Sequence record: MZ443780.1
Length of the DNA: 64,000 nt
Direction: 5' to 3' (one strand)
This document shows, one piece after another, positions 46,023 through 54,596 of the stretch. The translations under genes were made by a program, and so were the position numbers. Position 1 is the stretch's first letter. Each line of letters opens with the position of its first letter. The notes under the pieces were generated by a model. It searched no databases. It was not told where the DNA came from and saw only the letters and a list, made by a program, of their open reading frames with translations.

Positions 46023-46480
46023 AAAAGGCCAAAGTTGTAATTAGTCGCGGTGGCTATAGACCGTCATCGCAAGAAGAATCTCAAAAGCTGGTCGCTGAGT
46101 TTCTTCTCGGTAATATCGGAATCAACCCTACTGTTATCAGCCAGCAAATGTTGCTCAACATTGCGAACTATAACTACCTGACGTCTATCGTAGACACGGG
46201 CAAAGCTACGCAAGCGAACCAGAGCACATTGCATAAAACTGTAAAAGAACTTAATGCGTTCTGTAGATCGCACAAAATTCCTCTGGGTTTGCTAATTATG
46301 CCCCATACTTCGACCAGCGATTATGCCGGTGATGAGGTGGTAGCGATTCCTTGGGAGCATGTGCGCTCGAACACATTGAGCCAGTCGGCCATCGAATCTC
46401 TGTTTGAAACAGTTGAAGCTGATGGTTACCCGCAGTTTGTGACTGATGCGAAGACAGTAGAGGGATACAATGTTTTATGA
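46019..46480 (+). CDS. Hypothetical protein
   Basis: GGGAG SD; ATGA overlap. Confidence 0.7.
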   Translation: MKKAKVVISRGGYRPSSQEESQKLVAEFLLGNIGINPTVISQQMLLNIANYNYLTSIVDTGKATQANQSTLHKTVKELNAFCRSHKIPLGLLIMPHTSTSDYAGDEVVAIPWEHVRSNTLSQSAIESLFETVEADGYPQFVTDAKTVEGYNVL

Positions 46481-47750
46481 TCACGTATTCAACCACGACG
46501 AGAAGCAATTGCTTTTGAAGGTGGCTGAGTCTAAATATCTGGTGCGGCTAGACTGCCCCGACTATTTGAAGAAGTCGAAACACGCGATTGAGATCAGACA
46601 TACTGTGACCAACCGTGGCGAGCAACGTCGAAGCGGTACGATAACAACCGCATTCGTACCGCGCATTCATTCTGCGACTGTGCAGCGACTGGTACGTGAA
46701 GTGCGAGACAGCCAAAGCAAAAGCGCGTCTGAGGGACTCGCTGCGTTATTCGAGTTAGGCCTGGGTGTGCCGAAGCAACGTGATATCGCAACGTACCTGC
46801 GCGACTACTCGCGTGAGAACGATAAGAAGGGTGTGGGTATCAAGTATATCCGCAAACTGATTAATGAGTATCACCGCAAGCACCGTCATAGTTTTGCTGG
46901 CAGTCGCTGGTTGATGCCCGCTGCGTATACAGCGAACATGCTCAACATGCAGTCGTTCATTCATCTGAAAGAGAACGGTTACTCGAAGAAAGTCAAAGTA
47001 CCTGACGGCGTTCCTGTGATCTTCATCTATCAGAACACGAACCACGAGAATGCAACGTACAGCATGTGTGACGCATTCGTGATTAGCCCGCTCGGTTACC
47101 CGATGCCGTTCGCTCAAATCGCGTTGCGCCCTGAGTTCAAAGCTGCGCCGAAAGAGTTCAGCTCGAAAGCGTTTCGTGGTAAGAGCATGTACGCTATGGT
47201 AATGGGTGTGCTGCACTGGGAGAAGGGCGATGCGCTCGATAACTTCCGTGAGCTGGTGGAGATTGACGACGAGCCGTATCTGACGTTGCTTAGTGATGAA
47301 CGTTATGCTGATCGTCGTTCGCCTGAGTATCAAGCTCTACTGGACGAACGTGCTGCGATGAATGCGAAGCGCCAGAAGTGGAGTGACGTGATTGCGAAGT
47401 ATGGCAACACGACACGCACACTCAAGCCAGAACAGGCTGAGCGTCTGGCAAAAGCCGAAGCGTTCTTCATTAAGCGCAAAGAGTTCTTGGACGCTTTCGA
47501 CAAGTTCGAAAAGAAAGAGAACAGCAAAGCCGCCCGTAAGTTTGCTGCCGCATCTGCATCGTTCGCTGCTGTTGATTGTGGTGTTGTGATTGACCGAACA
47601 ACGTATCGCTCTGTGTCGTCAGGCTTGGATGTTGTGAACAAGATTCTCACTCGCTGGGGATTCACGACAATCAACACTGTCGATAGTAGTCAGAAGAAAT
47701 CCATTTTAACCTATGACCTGAAAAATGCAAGTCGCATTTGGTCTCTGTAA
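46470..47750 (+). CDS. Basic hypothetical protein
   Basis: GAGGGA SD; 426 aa. Confidence 0.8.
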   Translation: MFYDHVFNHDEKQLLLKVAESKYLVRLDCPDYLKKSKHAIEIRHTVTNRGEQRRSGTITTAFVPRIHSATVQRLVREVRDSQSKSASEGLAALFELGLGVPKQRDIATYLRDYSRENDKKGVGIKYIRKLINEYHRKHRHSFAGSRWLMPAAYTANMLNMQSFIHLKENGYSKKVKVPDGVPVIFIYQNTNHENATYSMCDAFVISPLGYPMPFAQIALRPEFKAAPKEFSSKAFRGKSMYAMVMGVLHWEKGDALDNFRELVEIDDEPYLTLLSDERYADRRSPEYQALLDERAAMNAKRQKWSDVIAKYGNTTRTLKPEQAERLAKAEAFFIKRKEFLDAFDKFEKKENSKAARKFAAASASFAAVDCGVVIDRTTYRSVSSGLDVVNKILTRWGFTTINTVDSSQKKSILTYDLKNASRIWSL

Positions 47751-47776
47751 ACAACTTATCTGAGGAGATAACGCAC

Positions 47777-50700
47777 ATGTCTAATAACAATCTGGGTGGC
47801 GCTGCTGCTTTTGGCTCTGAGACACAAAAGCATCTGTCCGAACAACAACGCCGCGCTTCATCGTCTGAAAGCGGTCACGTAAACAAATGCACAATCGTTG
47901 TGCTGACCTCGCTTAATGCTCATAATCGTTTCTCGTGGATGACGGCAGACGAGCAACTGAAAGAAAAGCAGATCGAAGGTAAAGTGCTCGACCGTTTGCC
48001 AAAACTGATCGAACGTGCGACTGGCCCGTCTACTGACACGAACAGCGCGTACTTCATTTTGCACCCAAACAACGGTGTGCCTACTCGCATTGACGAGCGT
48101 ATCAAAGTCGGCGAAGGCGATGCAGTAATCGTTTCATATACTGTAAACAAAGCAGTGTCTGAAATGCACGGTAGTTTATCGCTTGCTCTGTTTAGCGCGG
48201 GTGAAACTGACCTGGCTGATCTGGCATCTGAGTATGGCATCCACACCATCTCGATTGTCGAAGAAAGCAAAGCTGGTCCGTTCATCAAAGCGCTCGCCGC
48301 ACAGGTGGAAGCTCTGCAAACTGTAAATATCAGTAGCATTGACGAAACTGATGGTGCGTTCGAAAAAGCGGTAATTGACTACAGCGTTCTGCCGGGTAAC
48401 CCTGTAACTGTACTGACCGGCGCTGTGCGTACCTTCATCATGCAAACTATTAGTGGCGAAGTCTTCGCTGCAATCCCCAATAACGGAGAACTGAACGTGA
48501 AACAACCTACCACTGCACCGATTGTCGACCTGAGCGAAGACTTCGACGAAGGTGATGAAATCATCGACCAGAACGAAGGCGACAATGACGGTGAAGCTAC
48601 CGGTACTGATCTGCTGGGCTACAAAGCAGAAACTCTGACTATCGAACAGATGGTCGAAGCGCTCGAAGCGCTGGAGTACGATGTGTCTGCGATGAGCGAA
48701 GAAGGTATTCGTGAATCGTTCCTCACTGAGCAGGAACTCTGGTTGAGCAACAACGATCAGTCTGCCACTGACGACGAAGAAGAAGAAGACGGTGAAGAAG
48801 TTGACGGCGATGCCGAAGACGAAGAAGCCGAAGAGGACAGCGAAGAAGAAGAGTTTGACGCTGTGCAATTCCTCGCTTCTGTGCTGGTTGCCGAAGAACT
48901 GGATCGTGACGGCCTGAAAGTTCTGATTCGTACTCAAGACCTGAAGGTCATGAAGTCTGACACCGTCGAAACTCTGACCGCCAAACTGCTTGAGCTGGTC
49001 GAAGGCGCTACCGAAGAAGAGATGGTAGAAACGCTGAACACCTTCGTAGCTGCTCTGCAAGAGCGTGGCATCGACTGTCCAAACATGCTGGCCGCTCTGT
49101 CTTCTGATGAAGAAGACGAAGAAGAAGAAGTTGACGGCGAATCCGAAGAAGAGGAAGAAGAAGATTCTTCCGAAAGCGCGGACGAAGAAGAAGACGAAGA
49201 CGACATTCAGGCGCAAATCGACGCTGTGACTGATCCTCTCGACTACTTCGCTTTCGCCGGCGGTATGCTTGACGCTGAACAGCGTTCTGCCGCAGTTGCT
49301 GCGATGGGCGAAGACACCACGAACATGACCATTGTTCAGGTGATGAAAGCGTTCACCCGTATTCAAAGCCAGACCAATACTCTGGACATTGAAGCCGAAG
49401 CGCATGACGAAGACGCAGAAGACGCGTCAAACGTTGACACTCTGACTGAACTGCTGGGTCAGTATGACGAAGACACCGTTGAGCACGTAGCTGGCGCTCT
49501 GGGTATCGACACTGCTGGTTGCGAAAATGTAGACGAAGTAATTGCAGCAATCGCAGACGGCGGTAGCGAAGAAGACTTCGCAGTAATCGAAGCGCTGGCA
49601 ACCGACCTGGGTGTTGACCTGTCAGAAGTTGCTGACGGCGATCAGCTGGATTATGTTGACGCTGTGCTCGCTGTGCTGCCGGTGTACTTCGAAGACTCAG
49701 ACGAAGACGACACCGAGCAGGAAGAAGAGTCCGACGAAGAAGTTGAAGACGAAGGCGATAACGAACACGAGCAAGCTGCCGAAGGCGATGACGCTAACGA
49801 TAGCATGAAGTTCGTCACTGACGTTGACACCGAAAACTCTGTCGGCCCGATGCTGTCTGTCGATATGGACCAGACGCTGATCATCAACTACACCCTGACC
49901 GACGGTGACACCTACTCTGCAATCGAAAGCGAGCTGGCTGATATCGAAGGTGTTAACTACCGCTTCCCGTTCAACCTGGGTAAAGCCGGTAAAGCGCAGG
50001 GCTCTATGCACCTGCCAGCGCAGTCTCTGCTGGAAATCTGCGAGCGTGTTAAAACAACTCGTTTCCTCGCTGACCCGCGTTCGTTCGATGTTGCTGTGTG
50101 GTCTAGCAGTCTTGAGCAAACTCTGGAGCAGGAAATCCGTGCTGCGCTGTATGCCGGTCGTATCGAAGAAGGTATGGACCCAAGCGAAGCGGGCATCGTA
50201 GTTGGTGACTTCATCGACGACGAAGAAATGCGTGAAGCGATGGAACTCGGTCACATCGACCCGTCGCAGTACGACGAACTGCAGGGTGAGCGTCTGCCGA
50301 TTGAAAGCCTGTATAGCGCACGTACTCGCGTTCGCCCAGTTCAGGTTGACACTGCACACGTTGCACTGCACACCACCGTGCTGAACATCGCGCTGCCGGG
50401 CTTCTGGGGTGATCAGTCTGTTGCACGTATGATGCAGGGCGCAGTTAACCGCGTCATCGCTCAGGCGCAGTCTACCGAAGGCATCAAAGTGTACGCTGGC
50501 TTCACTATGGAATCTGCTGCACTGGTCAACAACGACCGCCTGTTTGAAGCGCTGGAAACTCTGCGTAGCTTCGACGGTGTTCAGTCTTACTCTGCCGCTG
50601 ATGCTGCAAACTTCGACGACGCCGAAGATGTTATCGAAGTAGCGTCTGCACTGGACACTCGCGACCTGCCGTTGTCTGTGCTGTCTGGTGGCCTGGCCGC

Positions 50701-50806
50701 TGCAACGTTCGACAACGGCGGTGACCTGACCATTCTGATTCCGTGCTCTGTCGAAGAAGAAGACGAGCTGGACGAAGAAGCAGAAGACGAAGGCGACGAC
50801 GAGTAA
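47777..50806 (+). CDS. Very large, highly acidic protein with repeated short helical modules
   Basis: GAGGAG SD; ~1009 aa; several D/E tracts separating helical hairpin segments. Confidence 0.88.
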   Translation: MSNNNLGGAAAFGSETQKHLSEQQRRASSSESGHVNKCTIVVLTSLNAHNRFSWMTADEQLKEKQIEGKVLDRLPKLIERATGPSTDTNSAYFILHPNNGVPTRIDERIKVGEGDAVIVSYTVNKAVSEMHGSLSLALFSAGETDLADLASEYGIHTISIVEESKAGPFIKALAAQVEALQTVNISSIDETDGAFEKAVIDYSVLPGNPVTVLTGAVRTFIMQTISGEVFAAIPNNGELNVKQPTTAPIVDLSEDFDEGDEIIDQNEGDNDGEATGTDLLGYKAETLTIEQMVEALEALEYDVSAMSEEGIRESFLTEQELWLSNNDQSATDDEEEEDGEEVDGDAEDEEAEEDSEEEEFDAVQFLASVLVAEELDRDGLKVLIRTQDLKVMKSDTVETLTAKLLELVEGATEEEMVETLNTFVAALQERGIDCPNMLAALSSDEEDEEEEVDGESEEEEEEDSSESADEEEDEDDIQAQIDAVTDPLDYFAFAGGMLDAEQRSAAVAAMGEDTTNMTIVQVMKAFTRIQSQTNTLDIEAEAHDEDAEDASNVDTLTELLGQYDEDTVEHVAGALGIDTAGCENVDEVIAAIADGGSEEDFAVIEALATDLGVDLSEVADGDQLDYVDAVLAVLPVYFEDSDEDDTEQEEESDEEVEDEGDNEHEQAAEGDDANDSMKFVTDVDTENSVGPMLSVDMDQTLIINYTLTDGDTYSAIESELADIEGVNYRFPFNLGKAGKAQGSMHLPAQSLLEICERVKTTRFLADPRSFDVAVWSSSLEQTLEQEIRAALYAGRIEEGMDPSEAGIVVGDFIDDEEMREAMELGHIDPSQYDELQGERLPIESLYSARTRVRPVQVDTAHVALHTTVLNIALPGFWGDQSVARMMQGAVNRVIAQAQSTEGIKVYAGFTMESAALVNNDRLFEALETLRSFDGVQSYSAADAANFDDAEDVIEVASALDTRDLPLSVLSGGLAAATFDNGGDLTILIPCSVEEEDELDEEAEDEGDDE

Positions 50807-50819
50807 TATCGTCTGATTG

Positions 50820-50847
50820 AGCGGCTCGAAAGGGCCGCTTACCTTTC
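50820..50847 (+). terminator. Probable terminator
   Basis: AGCGGCTC-GAAA-GGGCCGCT-TACCTTT. Confidence 0.65.
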
Positions 50848-50863
50848 TTGGGGATCTGTAAAC

Positions 50864-51694
50864 ATGACACAAGAAGTAGACCACGGCGCTAACATTGTAC
50901 AGATGATTACTGCCCGTGACGATAAAATCCGCGAACTGACTGAAAGCAACGAACAGACTGCTGGCCGCAACGAAGATGTTGAAGCCGAGTTGCAGGAACT
51001 GTCCCGCGATCATCTGGCGCTCAAAATCAAACTGCGTAGTACCGAGCGTGAGCACACCGCTGAAATCGCACTACGCGATGAGCGCATTCGTGAAGTTGTT
51101 GGATTCTGCAATGAGCAGTCCCAACAAATTCGTGAACTGCAAGCAGAACTCGAATCTGTAAAGAATAGTCAGACACCGATGAGTGTAACGCAGCATGCCC
51201 TGCATACAATCATGACCGCTGGTGTTAGCAAGTATCATGCTATCGTTGCGCAGTTATCCCAGCATAGCGTGAACAACGATTCAAACAAATCGCGGCGCGC
51301 TATCAATACGCTGTATCAAACCGATACCGTGACAGCGCATCCCTCGATGTACCGCGCAATTGCTCGCTACGTTAATGCCTCAGGTAGTACGCTACCATCG
51401 GTAGACGCACTGCGTAAAGCGATTCGCCAGTACATCGTCGATAACCACGACCTCTTCTACAAAGATGCTGAGTACGAGTTATCGCGGTTGGCACTACGTG
51501 AAGTCTGGGTGATGAAACGCAACCCTGCGCACCTGGGTTTTGCTGCACGTAATATCTGTCAGGCGTTCGATTGGTTACCCGCTGCATACAACGATGACCT
51601 CGATATGCTTGACGACGAAAGTGAGTATGAAGATTTATTTGTCGATTCTGTTGCGAAAATTTGTACGCATTTGATTGACGATAGCTTTAAATAA
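50864..51694 (+). CDS. Coiled-coil protein
   Basis: Heptad-like N-terminal ~100 aa. Confidence 0.75.
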   Translation: MTQEVDHGANIVQMITARDDKIRELTESNEQTAGRNEDVEAELQELSRDHLALKIKLRSTEREHTAEIALRDERIREVVGFCNEQSQQIRELQAELESVKNSQTPMSVTQHALHTIMTAGVSKYHAIVAQLSQHSVNNDSNKSRRAINTLYQTDTVTAHPSMYRAIARYVNASGSTLPSVDALRKAIRQYIVDNHDLFYKDAEYELSRLALREVWVMKRNPAHLGFAARNICQAFDWLPAAYNDDLDMLDDESEYEDLFVDSVAKICTHLIDDSFK

Positions 51695-51695
51695 A

Positions 51696-51730
51696 TCTGT
51701 AAAACTTTCCTGCAATCGAATCTGTAAACA
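51696..51730 (+). promoter_or_regulatory. Tandem class II motifs
   Basis: TCTGTAAAAC at 51696 and TCTGTAAACA at 51721. Confidence 0.5.
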
Positions 51731-51787
51731 CTAATTGAAGTTCGAACCGAGCACTACGCTCAAACTAATACATCCCGGAGTATTACA

Positions 51788-52333
51788 ATGTCTAAAGTTG
51801 CAAAGAACAGTTCACTGGTTCCTACCCTGGCTCAACGTATCGCTAAGAAGTCTGGCTCTATCGGTACTTCAAAAGTTAAGCCGTCTGAGCTGCCGCACGA
51901 CATTCTGATCGAAAGCGTTCACGCTGTTGAGCTGATTGGCTTCATCACTGACCGCACCGAAAACAGCGTTACCATTCGTCACAAACGTGGCTTTGGTTCT
52001 TCTGCGCAAATCGTTTCTACTTTCGGTCCTAACCAAATCCTGTCTGTCCTGGGTGAAGCCGGTACGCACGGTAGCGTTACTGCTCTGATCTCTGCTCCGA
52101 TTCGTGAGTACAAAGGCTTCAAAGTTAAATACGTTGGCTCCATGATCCACGCGACCTCCGTTGAAACCGGTGAAGTTGTTCAGATCAATACCGCGCTGCC
52201 TGGTTACACCGTGCGTCCTACCGTGAACGAAACTGCTGCTGCTAAAAAGTACGGCACCCCGGCGCCAGCCAAAGCTGCTAAGAAAGACAAAGCAGAAAAA
52301 TCTGGCAAGCTGGCCAAGAAAGTAAAAAAGTAA
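51788..52333 (+). CDS. Basic beta-rich protein with a K/A-rich tail; possible Sm/LSm-like fold
   Basis: GGAG SD; strong codon bias; ELIGFITDRTENSVTIRH..IVSTF..ILSV. Confidence 0.75.
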   Translation: MSKVAKNSSLVPTLAQRIAKKSGSIGTSKVKPSELPHDILIESVHAVELIGFITDRTENSVTIRHKRGFGSSAQIVSTFGPNQILSVLGEAGTHGSVTALISAPIREYKGFKVKYVGSMIHATSVETGEVVQINTALPGYTVRPTVNETAAAKKYGTPAPAKAAKKDKAEKSGKLAKKVKK

Positions 52334-52370
52334 TAAAGTCTGACGAAGACTTTTAACTGACTTTCTGAAA

Positions 52371-52437
52371 TCTGTAAATATTAAGTATGCAGCGAGATAA
52401 AAAGTTCTCGCTGCCTGTCTCTCGAAATCTGTAAATA
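52371..52437 (+). promoter_or_regulatory. Tandem class II motifs flanking a 9-bp inverted repeat
   Basis: GAAATCTGTAAATATTAA twice (cores at 52371, 52428); GCAGCGAGA/TCTCGCTGC at 52389-52414. Confidence 0.6.
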
Positions 52438-52482
52438 TTAATTGAAGCAACGTCGCTTCTACTCAAACAGGAAATAAATACC

Positions 52483-53274
52483 ATGGCTAAAGCAACCGCA
52501 AATACCGCAGCAATCGTTCTGGCTAAAATGCTGGGCGTAGTTATCGAAAGCGCCGATGCGAAAGAAATCGCAGCAATTCTGAAAGAAGCCGGTCTGACTG
52601 TCTCTGGCGGTAAAGTGGTAAAAGCTGAAAAAGGCGGTAAAGCTGCTAAAGGCAAAAAGGCTAAAGCGCCTACCGTTGCTGAAATCGTCGCTGCTGTTAA
52701 AGACGAAGAAGAACTGGACATCTCCGGCGTTGACGAAGATACTCTGCGCGAAGCAGTGATCAAAGCCAAGCTGTCTACCAAGAAAAAGGCAGGCGCGCTG
52801 GACGAAGATGAACTGCGCGAACTGCTGAACGACAACCTGGGCGGCGAGTCCGAAGAGGACGAAGACGACGAAGAAGAAGAAGAGGACGAGGACGAAGACG
52901 ACTCGGACGACGAAGATGAAGACGGCGACGACGACGAAGACGAAGACGACGACTCTGATGATGAAGAAGAGGACGAAGACGACGAAGACGGCGACGACGA
53001 AGAAGAGGACGAAGACGACGAGGACGAAGATGAAGACGAGGACGAAGATGATGAAGACGCCCTCGACCTCGACGACCTCGACAAGAAAGAGCTGTTAGCT
53101 CTGGTCCTGGAACACAAGCTCGCGCCGAAGAAAAAGGCGTCTAAGATGGACGAAGACGAACTGCGCGAACTGTGCGAATCTCACTTCGGCGGTGACGACG
53201 AAGAAGACGACGAAGACGAAGATGAAGACGACGAAGACTTCGACGACGAAGACGAAGACGAAGACGACGAGTAA
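52483..53274 (+). CDS. Polyacidic protein: basic N-domain, two HeH modules, 71-aa D/E tract
   Basis: CAGGA SD; 66 of 71 residues are D/E at 52846-53058; acidic C-tail. Confidence 0.88.
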   Translation: MAKATANTAAIVLAKMLGVVIESADAKEIAAILKEAGLTVSGGKVVKAEKGGKAAKGKKAKAPTVAEIVAAVKDEEELDISGVDEDTLREAVIKAKLSTKKKAGALDEDELRELLNDNLGGESEEDEDDEEEEEDEDEDDSDDEDEDGDDDEDEDDDSDDEEEDEDDEDGDDEEEDEDDEDEDEDEDEDDEDALDLDDLDKKELLALVLEHKLAPKKKASKMDEDELRELCESHFGGDDEEDDEDEDEDDEDFDDEDEDEDDE

Positions 53275-53326
53275 TATCATCTGATCTCCGGCGCGCCCCT
53301 CTAGTTCTGACGAATGAGCGAGGGGC

Positions 53327-53401
53327 AAATATTCGATAAAATATTTCGAATATTTTTGTAAAAAGTTTCAAAATTTCTTGCAGACGTATGTTGAATATAA
53401 T
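53327..53401 (+). promoter_or_regulatory. AT-rich region with a 10-bp inverted repeat and TATAAT
   Basis: AAATATTCGA (53327-36) / TCGAATATTT (53346-55); TATAAT at 53396. Confidence 0.5.
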
Positions 53402-53492
53402 AATGTACGTCTACAGGAAATCAAAACCTGAACAAATTTATCTTTTCATCCAGCGGTGAAAACGCCGCATCAAAACAAAGTAAGGAAATCCA

Positions 53493-54011
53493 ATGAGCAA
53501 GAAAATCGTTAGCGGCCTGAACAAAGAAATCCGCGCCCTGGACAAGTCTGAGAAAAACCTGGTTAAAACTGCTGCTGGCCTGACCAAAGAAGCAGAAGCG
53601 ATCGCTGAACGTCGCGCTAACCTGACTGCCCAGGTTGAAGCTCTGCAAACTGGCGGTGACGCTGCTCCAGCTAAAGCTGCTAAGCCTGCGAAAGCAGACA
53701 AGAAAGCTAAAGCTGAAAAAGCGGCCAAGCCTGCTAAAGCAGAAAAAGCTGGTAAGAAGGCTAAAGCTGAGAAAGCTGAGAAGCCTGCCAAAGCTGAAAA
53801 AGCTGGTAAGAAAGCTAAAGCAGAAAAAGCTGAAAAGCCTGCTAAAGCTGACAAGAAAGCTAAAGCTGCTAAGGCAGACAAAAAATCCGCTAAGCCTGCC
53901 AAAGCTGAAAAAGCTGGCAAGAAAGCAAAAGCTGAAAAGCCGGCCAAAGCTGATAAAAAAGCTAAAGGCAAAAAGAAAGAAGCCGAAGACTTCGACTTCG
54001 ATATGGAATAA
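53493..54011 (+). CDS. Histone H1-like (AlgP/Hc2-type) K/A/P repeat protein with an N-terminal coiled coil
   Basis: KPAKAEKAGKKAKAEKAE twice exactly plus partial copies; AAGGA SD. Confidence 0.85.
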   Translation: MSKKIVSGLNKEIRALDKSEKNLVKTAAGLTKEAEAIAERRANLTAQVEALQTGGDAAPAKAAKPAKADKKAKAEKAAKPAKAEKAGKKAKAEKAEKPAKAEKAGKKAKAEKAEKPAKADKKAKAAKADKKSAKPAKAEKAGKKAKAEKPAKADKKAKGKKKEAEDFDFDME

Positions 54012-54044
54012 GCAAGTAATCGCGCACTAGCGGTCACTTGATCG

Positions 54045-54076
54045 AAAGGGCAGCGCTGACGAGCGTTTGCCCTTTT
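54045..54076 (+). terminator. Intrinsic terminator
   Basis: AAAGGGCAGCGCT-GACG-AGCGTTTGCCCTTTT. Confidence 0.8.
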
Positions 54077-54110
54077 GTCATATCTGTCTCGAATTTTTTG
54101 AGGTTACCCA

Positions 54111-54596
54111 ATGTCTGCTGAACATCTTCTCAATGACGACCTGCCTGACGATACTCGCGTTCCCCAAACAAAAGAAAAGCCTAGCTACTACGAGCTAATG
54201 TCTCTGCGCTTAGAAGCTGGTGCACGTCTTTCCCGCGCTATCAAAACGTTACGTGATGCTAACGTTCTCCCAACATCTGGCACTGGTTCAACGCTTCTCG
54301 CTGCTGCTCTAGACGTAGCCGAACGTCACTTCGCTGATATCTGCATGGGACTTGTTCCTGTTCGTGACGGTGCTGACGTATGCACAATCAAAATGCGTGA
54401 AGACCTTCCCGCGTGTGTCGAAGCGTTTCGCATTATCGTTATGGAACATGCGCAACGTGAAGCCCTTGAGCGTGAGTGCCGTAACATGATCGCTGACGGT
54501 AACGGCTTCAAGATTCTCACTCAGCCTCAAGTGCTGCACATCGAAAACAAACACGTCTGTAATGAGGACTGCAATCATGGGCCAGAAACTGTCTGA
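54111..54596 (+). CDS. Hypothetical protein
   Basis: GAGGT SD. Confidence 0.75.
   Translation: MSAEHLLNDDLPDDTRVPQTKEKPSYYELMSLRLEAGARLSRAIKTLRDANVLPTSGTGSTLLAAALDVAERHFADICMGLVPVRDGADVCTIKMREDLPACVEAFRIIVMEHAQREALERECRNMIADGNGFKILTQPQVLHIENKHVCNEDCNHGPETV

Noticed and set aside
52846-53058. GAC/GAA trinucleotide run as a non-coding microsatellite or assembly error
   Set aside because: It is in frame within an intact gene, uses mixed GAC/GAA/GAG/GAT codons, and is flanked by two homologous modules
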